In this document: positions 62,859 through 64,000 of the stretch, in pieces
Numbering within the stretch: the first letter of the stretch is position 1
How the letters are laid out: the number at the start of each line of letters is the position of its first letter
NCBI RefSeq assembly: GCF_040938485.1
Contig: NW_027270921.1
Coordinates: forward strand, 434,001 to 498,000
Length of the DNA stretch: 64,000 nucleotides
Source of the DNA: Diadema antillarum
Taxonomy: Eukaryota
Direction of reading: 5' to 3'
Position numbers and translations under genes: made by a program
The notes under the pieces: generated by a model
What the model saw: only the letters and a program-made list of their open reading frames with translations
Databases searched by the model: none
Told to the model about the DNA's origin: nothing

Positions 62859-64000
62859 TAGGGCTCACACCTGTAAATAAAATGGACTGTCCCAGACCCC
62901 TTCACAAATTCGTACCAAAGATACCAAAATAAATGAAGAAAATATTAATTAAAAATCAATGGTGTAGTTTGGCAAAAAAACTGAATAGCTGTAGACATTG
63001 AGTATGGATTCCTCTACAAACGGCATTTTGGTTGGAAGATGAAAGCTTCTCTGATGGAATTTGAGGGGACTATATTTCATTGGGTACGTGTGCGGAAAAT
63101 AGGTGATTTTTTGAGTGACAAGAACTCGTAGTCTGGCTTTGCGGACCCTTGGACAGAATTAAAGCAGAACAACCCACCCTGTAAATCTGATGGATGAAAG
63201 GGTATATCTCACTTATTCAGGTTAGTGAAGATGAAACACCTCATTTCTCCCAGCTATTTTACAGATTTTTTTGAAATTTGAATTTTAACACACGTCTCTA
63301 TGGGGAATTATTTACCCGTGTGAGCCCTATAGAGAATGCACGCAATACATGCAAGTCTATGGGAAGTATACATCCCATACAAGCTCTGCTGGTGTATGTT
63401 GGTCTTGTATTGTGTCAGATCTCTTCCTCCCTCCCTCCCCCTTCTCCTCCATACCCCCCTACCCCTCTCCTCTACCCCCCCCCCCACTCTGCCTTGCTAC
63501 AATTTGTTTTCTTATTATGTTCTTGTGGTACCAGGTACTAGATCTTAGTACATAGCAGTCAGCAGTATCACACAACTTGGAATGACTGTGTTATTTTAAT
63601 GTATTTCTTTGTTTTGGCTACCACTGAAACAGCTCAAAATACATAAAGTTAGTCTGTTTGACAAAACAAAGTCTCTTCAAGTACTTTGTAGGCAATAAGG
63701 TGATGATGACACCCCCATAATCAAGGATAACTGCCTGCATCTATGTATTCATCTTATGAAGAACTAATCAACACTGCAAGAATGTATTTAAAAAAACCCC
63801 AAAGGCCATGATTTTCAAAAGTGTCCCCTTTGAAAAACTTTATAAGCCTTGAATGTGTAATTTCTCATATGATGAAATGGCAAATACATTGTATCACCAA
63901 AAACACATTTGTGATGTTAAAAAGTCAAATAAGAAATATGACCTCCACTATAGGGCTCACACCTGTAAATGAAATGGACTGTCCCAGACCCCTTCACAAA
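62859..64000. repeat. Pair of >=50-bp direct repeats (62859-62908 and 63951-64000)
   Basis: TAGGGCTCACACCTGTAAAT(A/G)AAATGGACTGTCCCAGACCCCTTCACAAA with one mismatch. The second copy runs off the window. Confidence 0.85.

Overview
Eukaryotic (animal) genomic DNA: AT-rich and intron-rich, with three N-runs. Gene and repeat content suggest a marine invertebrate deuterostome such as an echinoderm; this is inference only. Genes were built by hand from splice signals and reading phase. (1) MED15 (Mediator subunit 15) is on the minus strand, with 15 coding exons from ATG 33694 down to 814; the last exon(s) lie left of the window. (2) CYB5D2/neuferricin is on the plus strand (38437-40502), head-to-head with MED15, and its second intron is GC-AG. 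(3) Three CTHRC1-like secreted collagen-triple-helix genes lie in tandem on the minus strand (45415-49857, 53785-59528, and 61060-62106, whose first exon was not found). They have only 7 Gly-X-Y triplets and show patchwork sequence identity consistent with gene conversion. Non-coding DNA is dense with non-autonomous transposons: TTAA-, TA-, CWG- and CA-flanked MITEs, DINE-1/HINE-like elements, CR1/L2 RT remnants and tRNA-derived SINE heads. Two related foldback elements bracket the MED15 first exon: a ~745-bp near-perfect palindrome and a 2.3-kb element with a nested MITE. There is also a perfect 5 x 109-bp tandem array. No database searches were run; family names come from recalled motifs.
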